DNA of 64,000 nucleotides from Ramazzottius varieornatus (Eukaryota > Animalia > Tardigrada), in contig BDGG01000004.1 of assembly GCA_001949185.1 (NCBI GenBank), positions 645,620 through 709,619 of the forward strand, written 5' to 3'. The notes under the pieces are model-generated. The model was given only the letters and a program-made list of their open reading frames with translations, was not told the DNA's origin and did no database searches. The position numbers and the translations under genes are program-made. Below are positions 12,337 to 24,348 of the stretch, piece after piece (position 1 is the first letter of the stretch; every line of letters starts with the position of its first letter).

Positions 12337-14053
12337 TCCTAAAACAAAGAGGTATAAGCAACAGCCAGGAGCAAGAGTCTTTACTTGGGGCTTCACTGCA
12401 ACTTCGATTGTGAGGGCTAGGATGCTAGTTGGGCTGCCAAAGGATTCTTCGGAAAATGGATACGCAAACGGTATGAAGCTCAAAAGATATACTTGTGTCT
12501 CCAGACGTTGCTTGAAGCTTGGTCAGAAGGGGCTTTCGTGAGGGTCACGTTTTCAAGCATTTGCTCACTCAAACCAAGTTACGCGGCTGTTCTATTCCTG
12601 ATTTGGCTTGCCGCCAAAAGTCAAGGCGGGCATGTGATAACAAAACCAGTTATGACAATTCTTGATTGACAAATACAAGGCTCAAACAAGCTAAATAGTT
12701 TAAACATGCATACAGTATTTGAGAAGAGTTATCCAGCCTTCGTCAATACTGGAGAAACTTTCGCTGCTGTATCAGCAGGGTAACCCCGCAGGAAATGGGG
12801 AGAGAATATGGGTTTTTTAGGAGTAAAACGTCTTCAGGAGCAACAAAACCGCATACGGTATGTGAGTAGGGCGTTATCCGTGGGGAAAAACGTACCTGCA
12901 GCTGGAGTTCAGTAGGCACGGTTGGATGCAGTGATGTTGGACTAATGAAAAAGGATAATTGTTCAAACTGGTGGGACGACTATTTAACTATGCTCATGAT
13001 AGACTGGTTTATGCTCGGCATAAGATGCTGTGCCACATGTATTTGCTGCTTTGTTTGCACTGTGAAGATATAGCGAGCAAGTTATGAAGTTGTACAGTGG
13101 GCGAGGATGCGGCACTGTACCAGTTGAGCAATCTTTCAGACGAACCTCTTGGGCTTCCCCTTTGCGCCACTGAACAAATACCAGATCACGAATGGCAACA
13201 TGTTACGGCTGGCTGAGTCTGCTCTACTTGTTGCACTCTTCCATGGACACTGTTGTTCATACCGCAGAGCTTAGAGACCGGCCAAAAACGATTTATCGCA
13301 GTGAAGCTACCAACACGTCAAAGTAGATCACCAGTAGCAGGCAGCAGTCAGTCTAATTTTAAACTCAAAGATAAACAAGCTTTCAGCATGACTTTTCCTA
13401 ACTGACCTCAGACCAACTGGTAATAGCTTTGTACTGTAGCGCATAGACAAGTGTGCATGCGCCGCACGGGCAGACGGCGTCCAATGCCCGGTGTTAGTGG
13501 CCCGGGGAAATGACGTCAACGTTACTGGTGCAGGAAAACTCGTACGTAAAAATCTTACCCGACTCAGAGTTGGGTATACTGTACGTAGGTAGGATTCCGA
13601 CTATCCCGCTACCCAAAAGTTGGCTGTGTACAAATCCTTAACAATTAAGGCACAATATCAGAAGTGGTGTCTGTTAGAAAAGGAACGGGTTGATAGCTTG
13701 AAGCCTCCGTCATGGGGCTCAGCGGGTCGATTCGCTACTGCAGTTGAATCTCACAAGATCTGATCGGTCCCAAATCTGCTGCAACCGGGTTCCGCCGATG
13801 CGAGGCAGTTTGTAGGTCCACTGCGCCGCAAAGGCTGAACCTGCGGCTCTTGATCGGTACACATAAGCCACTTTGAAGATTAATCCACAATCCGACGGTC
13901 AGATAATTACGAAGAGCTCAGTACATGTCCCGCACACAATTGTAGAATCCTTTTGAGGTACGTAGACAGCCTTGACATTGCTGGCAAATTGCATCTGTTC
14001 TCCTCAGATCTCGATCGAATGCATTTAGATGACATATAAATTTGCAGTGTGCC

Positions 14054-16187
14054 ATGAGGTTTCGTTTCGCGGTTGCGCTCTTGATCGTCATTTTTTCTTC
14101 TTACGAAAGTTTACATGATGTTGTCGATGCCGACATGCTCCTGGCCTCGAAGATCCTACGGGACCGTGTAACGGGGTCCAGACAGCAGAAAGCCTTCAAT
14201 AACCTGCTGGCCACCAGGAACTCGTTTCAGGATAAGTCTGATGGACCTCGCAGGAACCTTAGCTCCAGCCTTGGAAAGCCCGCAAATATAATTTATGTCG
14301 CTTACCAGCGGAACTATTACAACTACGACAAGTTCCCGCCATATCTGTCTGGTATCGTGTTTACTGGTGGCAGTTCGTTACTCGCATTGTCCATACATCA
14401 CATTCGGAATATTGTATCTTGCAGAGAATGTTGGTCTAAAAACAGCTAAATCAGCCGCGGAGAACCGCAAGAACTACCTGTCCGTTACTGGCTTTGGACC
14501 TGTACCTCGCCTAAAAGATGGCAACGCTACCCATCTCTACGACTACGAGACGGTGTCTTCCAATCGCATTGACGACAGGATACTTTATTCGGAACAGATG
14601 CCTCCTACCACGGTGCCACCCGTACTTCCTGTACCGGAGTTGACCACCAACAAGCCCAGTCCACCTTCTGGAACACCTACTATATCGCAAGGGAGCACCA
14701 GCACCGCTCACGCCTACACGCCAGCTTGTGCTCGAAGTCAGCTGCAGACAATCTGCTTGGACGATCCTTTCTACCCAACGTAATTGTATTCCCCCAAAAT
14801 GTTTTCTAGCTTTGGGTGTAACATCGATAATTTCATTCTTGAATCGCAACTGCACTAGTATGTTTCTTTTAGAGACCTGGTGAAAGAAGCTGTACTGCAA
14901 GAGTCCGAGCATTTCACCAAGCTCTACGCGGAGGTAGCCTTCCAAAGTGCCGACAACCTCTGCGATGGACTATCGAGGACCGACGAAGAGAAATACTGCA
15001 ACGTGTTTTCACAAATCCATCCGATTAGGTAACGTAACCGAATCAGCCATTTCCGTTTCCAAATCCCACTTGATGAACTTGAACTCAACTGTATACTGGC
15101 TTACCCTAACAGTGCGTCTAATTCCTGGACGGTCAACCATCTCAACGCACCGTTAAATCCGACAGTTGCCAGTGCTACCACCGTGGACAAGGGGTGGCAG
15201 TTACCACTTCCAGCGTCTGCCGCAGAAGACCTACGTATGCGAGCGGAAGCCAGTGGGAATCCGGCGGCTCTGCAGGACCCGGTTCTTAACAGCAAAGGCT
15301 ACGTCTGTCATTCAGTGATCCATTACGCCCGGATCATGAGAGCCAAGAACCACCGGGGACAGTGGCGGGTAATCGTAAACATTCCGGGTCACACGCAGAC
15401 ATCTCGGATAGAAGAATGCACGAAACCGTTAGAACGATGCCACTATATCTCCCCAAAGCTCAACAGCGCCTGCATCCAGAAGTCAGTAATCGGAAATTCT
15501 CGCCGATCAACGGCCTTGTTCGCTGATTGATTCATATTTTTTTGCAGGTGGAACTTCCAAAGGTTACTGGCATGGGATAAATACAATGGTTTCGAAATGG
15601 ACATATTCCGCTTACCTGTTGCTTGTTCCTGTTTCATCCGCCCAAAAACCGCTTCCCCACTACTTCAGTCTCAGAAGTTCCCAGCGGTGACCAATAATAT
15701 GGCACCACCTTTCGTACCACCCATGTCCATGTCTCCACCCAAGCCAATGCCTGTGCATGCACCGAGTAACCCGGTTTCGACGTCCATTAAAATTTCATCA
15801 GGCACCTCCAGCAACCGAAATTTTAACACACCGCCTGACGCTCCTCACAACATTCCGCAACAGGTCCAGCAGAAGATGCAGGCCCAACCTGCAAACAGCT
15901 GGAAGGAGGAAAGACCGAAGAACGTGCTGCTACAGCAGGGTTCTCCGTCGCTAAGCGAAACCGACCACTGGTTGGCCATGCAGTCTTCCTTACATCCCAA
16001 GCAACGAGGTTTGTCCGGACAGGGAAACGCTGGTCCGATTGATACCAACGCTGTTCAACTATATCATCAATATCTAGCAAACATGTACCCATATCAGCTG
16101 CAAAACAACCGTCAGAGTTTTCCATCAAACTTGCAAATGCACGACCGTAAGCGACATCAACGGGATCCATCCGGAAGATACGATTGA
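14054..16187 (+). CDS. NT1: Spaetzle-family cystine-knot ligand, most like Neurotrophin 1/Spz2 (multi-exon)
   Basis: Signal peptide MRFRFAVALLIVIFSS; prodomain CLDDPFYP; knot CHSVIHYARIMRAKNHRGQWRVIVNIPGHTQTSRIEEC...CHYI...CIQK / WNFQRLLAWDKYNGFEMDIFRLPVACSC; long Pro/Gln-rich tail after the knot as in Drosophila NT1. Confidence 0.88.
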
Positions 16188-17193
16188 CATGCACAATTAC
16201 GGTAGAAAAGCACTTCAGAGAAAACTGAAGCTCTGCAGCTTATTCTGTTCTGTTCTGTTGGCTATGCACTGCACAGGCGACCAATTTTACAAATGGGTCG
16301 AGTAGTAATCTTTGTCGAGATTTTCGTTGAACGCGCTGTACTCTTCATCCAGTTTGAGGTAGGCATGTTCGAGATGAGGGGGCAGAAGAGAGCCTAGTTG
16401 GGCGGTGATTTCAGCAAACAAAGGACGACTGGCGGGCTCTTTGGCCCAGCACTTCTGCATAATGCCATACTTAAAACATACTTTTCTATCGTCAGGGTCA
16501 GACTTAATGGAATATCAATAAAGTCTACGAAGCAAGATTATATGCTATACGCACACAGGGTTCGAGGCATGAGTTGGCTGTCCCAGCCTACCGTTGGATA
16601 ACAGGAAGTCACGGAGTTGCTCACAGGACAAAACCTTCGGCAGCTCATCTTCATACGGAAGACGTCCTAAGGTTAGAGTTTCCCATAAAGTGATGCCGAA
16701 ACACCACACGTCCGACTTGATACTGTAAGTGCCATGCCGCAGAATGGATTCCGGTGCTAACCATCGAAGCGGCAGTTCCACCTGGAAATGAATCGTTCCA
16801 ATGAACCATCTGGCAACGAGGTACTCATGAAATAACGACTGGGTGGCCGTATTCGGAGCATATGCAAACGTCTACATTGTCACTTTGCATTGCGTATTCC
16901 GTTTTTTTGCGGGTCATGCCAAAATCGGAAATCTTGACCGTCATTGCAGAGTCAAGGAGAATATTACGAGCAGCAAGGTCGCGATGGATCATATTACGCG
17001 AGAACACAAAATCCATGCCGCGACTTATCTGGAAATCGAAGTGAACAAGGTCGTCCGCGCTCGAAATGAATGGAGTCTGGTGACGAAACGTGGTCCATAA
17101 CAATGTACTGATTTTCTAGGTCATTAAGGCCTGTCGTTGGAACATCCTGAACCGGGAGTAAATCATAATTGCCCTTGGTCGTTGCCTACGCTG

Positions 17194-18016
17194 CTGTAGT
17201 AGTCTCATTCACAGCACTGTTACAATTCACAGCTACACGACCCCTGGTTTTTAACTGGTGGCTGCGCATCACGATGCCACGCCCATCTCCAAGGTGGTTC
17301 CTGTCCGGATCACAGCAATGATTTGATTGTCTTGATTGGCCAAATTGTCGTCAAAACCGGCAAAACGACTAGTTCCTAGGACCTACTCCGCTTTTTGAAT
17401 ATTAACAACTTAGGTCCTGGGAACCACTTTCAAATTTCAGGTTGTACACAAAATCCAGATTTACTTAACAAATGTACAGCATTCCTTGAAGTAAATCTAG
17501 AAATGCACGTTCAGGTTCGTTGCAAACCCGCACAACACTGGCGCAAAGGCATTCTAAGGTAACCGGACTCCAAGGATAAAGTGCACGTTCCCTGTTGGCC
17601 GGTAAAATCCTTATGACGATCATTTGTTCAGTATTGCAAAAATAAGTTCTTGTAGCGAGGTTCAGGGTTCGCATGAAGCAGCATGCTGGACCATTTGTGC
17701 CAGTATTGTGCGGGTTTGCAAGAAGGCTTGCCGTGCATTTGTTAAGTAAATCTGGATTTTGTGTACAACCTGAACTTTGAAAGTGGTTCCCAGGACCTAG
17801 GTTGTCAGTATTCAAAAAGCGGAGTAGGTCCTAGGAACTAGTCGTTTTGCCGGTTTTGACGACAATTTGGCCAATTAAGACACTCAACTAATTGCTGCGA
17901 TCCAGACAGGAACCACCTTGGAGATGGGCGTAGCATCGGGATGCGCAGCCACCAGTTAAAAATCGGAGGGCGAGTAGCTGTGAATTGTAAAAGTGCTGTG
18001 AATGAGACCACTACAG
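17194..18016. mobile_element. Foldback/MITE-like element with ~300 bp terminal inverted repeats and 3-bp TSD (CTG)
   Basis: 17194-~17480 is a near reverse complement of ~17735-18016 (similarity continues inward after an indel); CTG on both sides (17191-17193, 18017-18019); no transposase. Confidence 0.85.
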
Positions 18017-18186
18017 CTGCAGCTCCATGGTTCGTGGGATCGAGCCCGTTCAACCGAATATTTCAAAGGATTGCGAAGATACTTGTCCAGGGAACCTAAC
18101 GAGCAGTACTCCATAACGAGCATGGGGTCACCTACAGTACAAACCTTGGCGTAAAAAGGTCCGGCACATGGGGTGGCTACCAGATG

Positions 18187-19151
18187 ATTTGCTTTATTCA
18201 AACAAATAACGTTTTCTTCAAAAGAAGACCACAATAAAACAGGAGACTAAATCAAAATCAACAAGTTACGCGGACATGGTTCTTCCCTTCCTAAGCTTTA
18301 AAACGTCAAGTTTTTCTTCGAGTCCTTTAGTCTCCTTCGCAGTACCCATAACACAAAAAGCATTACCTCGCTGTATGCCAAGAGACAAGCGCTGTTTGAA
18401 ATAGTGAAGAGATCTAGTCTCAAAAGAAAACTCAACAAGCTTCTTCCCGATCGCGTTGATCAATTCCGTCGCTGCAGGTCCCCAAGATCCGAAGGGCTCG
18501 AATCGCAAAGGAACGAAGAGGTACTGTGAAGCGATGCCTTGGTATTTCTGGATCTTTCTCTCTTCCGCGTCCTCGGCGGCAGCTCTCACATTCTCGCTTG
18601 TCTTTCCAACGTAGGACTTCGCTAATGTATCTATCACAGTCACATCCCGAACTAATTCCTTCCCATTCTTCCAAGGTATCATGGTCTTTCCATCAGGTCT
18701 CAGTTCATCGTCCCGCGAAAGTCCTAGTGGTTCTAGAACCGCCGGAACTTGTGCTGAAACGAGGGCTCTTCGCACCGACTCGTTCAGACTAGCTTGCCTA
18801 CTGTGGCGTCCCGAGCTCCTTGGACAGCTCAGACCGTGGAGCCCATACTCGTCGACTACTTCTCCACAGCGGCACATGTGAGGCTGACATAGTCTCGATC
18901 CTAGCCACAGCCCAACGCTGATCCGCAGTGTGTTGTCGTCGAGGAGATTCCCAAGTGAGGAAGCCGGCAGAGCGTGCAGCCAGGTTCCGGAGATCTTTGT
19001 CGAAACAGCCATCAGTCTTGCCTTGCTTGTCATATTGCTCTGGTCCATCAGACTTCCGAATTCCTCCGTCACCATAGGAAGGTCCCAGGCACGCTGCTGT
19101 CGGCGAAGAGCGGCTACCAGAACATTGCGTGTCAAGCTACAACAGCTGGAT
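18187..19151 (-). mobile_element. 5'-truncated CRE-type non-LTR retrotransposon (Zn knuckle + restriction-like endonuclease)
   Basis: ORF 18266-19135: WLHALP, CRCG...HGLSC, RPDG, DVTV, AEERKIQKY, FVPL, IQRGNA. AATAAA near the 3' end; 6-bp direct repeat CAGATG at 18181-18186 and 19152-19157; lies inside RTK intron 18132-19197. Confidence 0.85.
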
Positions 19152-21137
19152 CAGATGTAATGTATGCATACGCGGAGAGAACAAGGTGTAAACTTACCCA
19201 CAAGGACTACACCGATAAAGTTAACAATGTTCGCGTGACGTCCGACTTTCATTAGCATCTCCATCTCCCGAACGATATTGTCCATGGCTTATTCTCTTAG
19301 TTCTCTTATCCTTTGCCAAAAGTTTCACAGCAACGAAGTGCTCATTAGCTAGCTTGCTCTGCGTGATAGGCCTAAACTTATGATTGGCAGGCTTCCAGTC
19401 CACCAAACGATCCTTCACTACAACTCCGAAATTCCTTTTTCCCAACACCTTATCTGGACCTGCAGAAGTACGATATTCTGTCGCAGAGTAACGCATTTTG
19501 TAAACACAGCCCTGATACTCAGTCACCTGCAAGGGGATTTACCAGACACAAGTTCTTGGGCGAAATTTCGTAGTGTGTTAAAGCCCAGGCAAAACGGAGA
19601 CGTATCTTCTTTTCCAGTGTGTTCTACAATCATTGTACCATATAATGTACCGAAACTGTAACAACCGAGCAGCCATAAAATGGTGTGTAGTAGGCAGAAC
19701 TACCTTTCGGCTTCGTCGTTTCCAAACCCAAGCGGTAATAAGGAAGCAAAGAATTAGCGCGATCCGGACGATTTCTCCTACTACGCCGTAGATTTCAGAC
19801 ATCGCCAGTGGACCGACAGTACTTGGTCGGTCTGTTGCAGCACAAGATATCTCCAACCATTCTTGATCTGTCGCGATCGGACCACAATCACAAGCCTCAG
19901 GAACTCGAGGATCAAGGCAGTTTCTGTACAAAGTGTAAGTATGCCGAACGGACTGGTTGTTAACTCCGCACTGGATGAGCTTTCGCGCTGACTCCAACGC
20001 AGCTGCTGGAGGTTGTATACCTGAAAACAGCGAAACTGTCGAAACTGGGCTGGGCATCCGGCTGTACATGTGTACGTAGCAGATTTACAACGATGGTTTC
20101 ACTGCAACCTGCAGATGGTCCGGATAACCTCGATCAGCAATGTAATGAGGTTGATGCTTCGAGGAAGAGCTACACACCTGATCGCTCGCCGTAGTCTCCA
20201 AGGAAAAAGACTGATTGGCCCTTACCATTCCAGTGTTTGCTAAAGGAACATTGACTAGTCCAACCTCTGCCCTCGAAGATGGTACCATCGCCGCGAATCA
20301 GGAAACTAAATACAGGATTAAAAATGAGGTTGCAGATTGAGATTGTATACGGAGGCTTGACAGTTAGTTAATCATGCCAATATCGGAAAAGTTTCTGGCC
20401 AGATCACCATAGATATGTAGGTACTGAATCGCGGCAACTTCCGCTTTGCACTCCTGGTACGTTAGGCAGTCAGCTCTTCCAGTCTCACTAAGGATAACGT
20501 GCGATATAGGAAGGTCCAAAGGGGTAAGGCGCTCCTTGGGGGCTAAAGCGTTCCAGCTTTCGCGCCCAGTTATGGGCGGACAGAGCATACTCATTCGGCC
20601 AACCAGTTGATCAACGAAAGTGAAGAAGACGTTGGCAGAAATCTCCTCTCGGTCTGTGACGCTCAACCCTGCTGTAGTTTCAGATAGCACTGGTATACTG
20701 TGATCGAATACAGGAAAACTTCGCACAATATATTGCACGTTTTCTTTGTGCTGCTGTAGTGCACTTCATCTTCTAACTGATTCGGACGACTAATTTACAG
20801 TAACTTAGCCGGTAGACTACGGGCTTGACCCATTGTGTGTTTTACTGGCTACAAGCCAATCACAAGTATTTGTAAGCCGGAAAGATTAGATTGCGTGTGC
20901 AGACAATTTGCGGTGAGTCCCATAGTTCTAGACTATCGTGTACAGATTGTCGAACACGTGCAAAAGATGAACTGTACAAATGAACGAGGTGATAATAACG
21001 CTGGAAGGTACTTTACTGACCGTGGTTTCATTGCCTTGGTTTGACGTCACATGCAGCACGTTACACGGTACGTACACCCGGATATGGTCACAAGCGGGTG
21101 AGATAATATTCTTCGTCTAGCTTCTGATTCAGTATGT

Positions 21138-21358
21138 GGGCTGCGGGCAAGGTTTCTTAGAAGTCTGGGGTCATAGCGGCACAGCTGATAAAACTTTCAG
21201 AAAGGCAAGGGAGGGTTTCGGGCTTTTTTTAAAGATTCTCGGCCTCCACATGGCAAGCCTCGGCCACTATCTTGAGCTACCCTGGCTTTTGTCTGAATTT
21301 CCTCAACTTTGCCTCAACGCCGTGACCCCAGACTTTTGAGGAACTTTGCCCAGAGCCC
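21138..21358. mobile_element. MITE with GGG...CCC termini and 4-bp TSD (Sola2-like), copy 1
   Basis: TIR GGGCTGCGGGCAAGGTTTCTTAGAAGTCTGGGGTCA vs TGACCCCAGACTTTTGAGGAACTTTGCCCAGAGCCC; ATGT on both flanks; homologous to 47175-47402. Confidence 0.75.
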
Positions 21359-22142
21359 ATGTACTGTACACTCATGAAAAGAAAGCTTGGGTTAAAAAAA
21401 AGGCGGAAAAGGGTATAGTTTCTAGTGATATCCTTGGATCTTTCGAGAAACGTTTGTGTGATTTTCGACGAGCTGTTAGGTAAAGGGCGTTTTCGAGGGA
21501 ACTTCCCGGATCTTGACATGATACTTGACATGATACAAGTCTCAAAAGAGAAGCAGTTTTGGTCTGTTTTCGAAATTTGTTGCCGACTTGATTTATTAAT
21601 TGCTGGTGGCATTGACGTCACTATAAAGAACAGGACCTAGATATCGAAGGTGCTTTGAAATAAGAGAATCGGACTTCTGGATGAGGAGCTACAACGATTT
21701 TAGCAGAAGAGGGGGTGACGAATAAATTTTCGAGCAACTGTATATTTCACTGCCAATGTTCTAAAACAGACTCAAAGAACCTGGATATACGCGGATGGTT
21801 GTGAACATATGCTGACTTCTGTAGTGGCGCTCCCATATTTGCTAGATGAGATCTGCATCGTACTGATTACTGTACGACTGTACCTCACAGCTTCACGAAA
21901 CTAAAAATGTGGAAAAGGGTGGAAACGGTCGGGTCTCAGCTATTTAAGTGTGATACCTCCAACAACTACGGACTAAGAACGCACTCTGAAGAGATGAAGC
22001 ATTTCACTAACTTTACAACGCCAATATGTACTAGATTTCAACAAGGAAGTCAACGGATGGTGAGTTTGGTCCAGCAAGTATTTTGTATCGAACTACAATT
22101 GACTAGTTGGGCTGTCAACATTGATTCTTTCACATCCTCCGC

Positions 22143-22657
22143 CTTACTTCTTCATCCACATGAGCACAGCCATGACGATGAACAGTCCCATCCCAGTCAT
22201 GCTCAAGTATCCGTAATACTCTGAAACGAAAACCACCGCGGTTACCATAGCCAGCACAATTGGAACGACAAGAATTACCCAGAGCGTCATACAGACGGTT
22301 TGTCAGGACTAGCATGTTGCAACTGGATGCCGGCGGCATGGTGGTAGCTGGGACCGAATGGATTGCCACCGAAGTAACCGCAGTGGTGGCACTAGTGGTA
22401 ATTACTACTTGCCAAACTCCCTGCTCCGCATTCCATTGGAAATGACCGACCACCGCGAACATTGGAAGGATTACCTTGCGGACCAAGTAGAACCAGCCAC
22501 CGCACAAGCACAGCGAGCCTGACAACAACACCCAGAAGATTTCATCTTGGAGCAAGCCGTACATGGTCACAATCCCACCAGCACAACAAACCAAAGCTAA
22601 CATAAACATGATGCAAGCGAGATACTGGCTACCAAAGGGTTGGACCACATCGAACAA
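22143..22657 (-). pseudogene. Remnant of an unknown multi-pass membrane protein, 5'-bounded by a TE
   Basis: Two hydrophobic helices, a Thr-rich linker, then in another frame MTLWVILVVPIVLAMVTAVVFVSEYYGYLSMTGMGLFIVMAVLMWMKK stop; no recognisable family. Confidence 0.35.
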
Positions 22658-22666
22658 GTAGTCGTA

Positions 22667-23927
22667 TCAGGTGCGGTAGTATGACTTGTTACTCCCCGAC
22701 AAAGATTTTCAAAAATATCTCCTGGCTTCGAACCTCGGAATTTTTGATCAGGTTATCCACTCATACTATCAAGGTACTTCAGTCATATTTTCGGCATCGT
22801 GTTCGTGCCTGTACTGCAAGAGAATAGGGGAAGAGAAACGATGAAGTCTCTGTAGCCATTTTTGTTAGCCTCTGCGGAAGAAATTGTTCTTTCTCGCTGG
22901 AGGTGCTGAAATTCTGCGACATGGTGATAATCCTTTGGTATCAGAACCCCTCTTCCTGGTGTACGAAGGTGAGTTTCCAGTTTCACCTCCTGCAGTTTTG
23001 CGGAAGCGTTTTGTTCAATGTACACTCTGGAGCTGACTTGCAACAGTAGTGCTTTGAGTTGACCGAATTTTTATCGTGCTTCTCCGTTCCAGAGAGGTTT
23101 AGTCTGCAGCTGTCGTTATGGCGGGCCGAAGGATTTTATAGCGGTCTAGACCGTAAGATAGCAATCAGTAGGTAACCATAATTTTCCTATGGTGCCGCCC
23201 ACGATTCGAAATTCCCTGCGGTAATTCAGCTCTTTCAGAACATTCCAATTTTTGCTTCAGAACGACCTACAGAGTCCAGTCTTTGTCACTAGTAACAATG
23301 CAATCTGAGGATCAGTTCGGTCTCACTCAGAAACGGGAGGTTACGGACAGGCAAAATTTGCGTTCATCGTACGGTGCGCGAAGTAAGCGGGGTATCAAAC
23401 TTCTTGAACTTTTCCCCTTCGGGCTATGTCAAAATGTCCAGTGAAGATTTTAGAAAGACACCTCAAACTCTCTTGAAGGTTTTGCAAGAGTTCGGGAAGG
23501 ATCTAAGTCGACATGCTCCCTCTGGACGTTGTTGTCCAACTTCAGTTGCGGACTTCTCAAGGGGTGATTTCCGACCTAGGAATCTCCAGAGCGGAGAAGA
23601 CGTACCCAACCTCTCCCGGTTCAACCGTTAGCTGCTTCATTACGAGAAACGAAGCATTTCTTAGCGCCTGCCTGGTGTACGCTGACGCCTTGAGAAAATT
23701 CAAATAGTTAAATCGCCTGAAATTTTAGTTATCCATGATTCTGACCAAACCATTCATGCCCTACCCCGAAGCAGGAAAACTTGGGTTATTAGAATGCCAA
23801 ACGATAGCTAGGAGTTGACAGAGTGACTGGAAAAAAGGCTCAGGACAAACGGACAAGGGGGAGTGTAACTATGAATTTTTGAAGTTGACGTGTTTCCAGG
23901 AGAAACAAGTCATACTTCCGCACCTGA
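22667..23927. mobile_element. Non-autonomous TIR element flanked by TA (Tc1/mariner-like), 1.26 kb
   Basis: TCAGGTGCGGTAGTATGACTTGTTACTCC at left vs GGAGAAACAAGTCATACTTCCGCACCTGA at right, TA on both sides; a third, solo terminus at 28159-28182. Confidence 0.75.
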
Positions 23928-24348
23928 TATTATGCTGCATGCGCAAATTTCATTGGCTTCACCCATCTGGTTCCATCCAACACCCATTTTTTACGGTTTA
24001 TTTTGTCGTAAACTGTAAGTCGGCGTTAACTTGTGGGTCCAAGAACATGGGTCTGTACGACATCAAACAACAATCGACAACGCTATTATATAAGCAAACG
24101 GGAAACAATGCGGTATCACTGAAACAGGTGTATCAAGAAGTAACAAAGTCAAAGCCACTAAGCAATTAAAACAAGAAAAAACGAGTCTGAGAAGACACCA
24201 CGCGTCGAATATGGGACAAAGACGATCGCAGTGTCACGCCCATCACACTGATCACAGAAGACATAACATTAGGACAATAACAAGTTAATAATGGAAAAAA
24301 TACGTCAGAACAACACTGCGCTCATCGATATGCCAGTGTGATCTTCCT

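Larger units (their letters stand above)
16287..20740 (-). pseudogene. PGRP-ectodomain receptor tyrosine kinase (PGRP-TM-split TK, PVR/VEGFR/FGFR-like kinase), probably disabled copy
   Basis: PGRP exons: GRESWNALAPKERLTPLDLPISHVILSET...C...C...VAAIQYLH...FSDIG / FLIRGDGTIFEGRGWTSQCSFSKHWNGKGQSVFFLGDY / PPAAALESARKLIQCGV...YTLY. TM IALILCFLITAWVW+KRRSRK. Kinase: [84 protein letters not shown]. Lesions: frameshifts near 19600, 19290 and 17090, no GT donor near 20372, TE inside the kinase-insert exon. 5' end not resolved. Confidence 0.85.

Noticed and set aside
18187-19151. CRE element as the lesion that killed the RTK
   Set aside because: It lies inside a phase-consistent intron (18132-19197); the flanking exons join as IGVVLVG/DPMLVMEYC.
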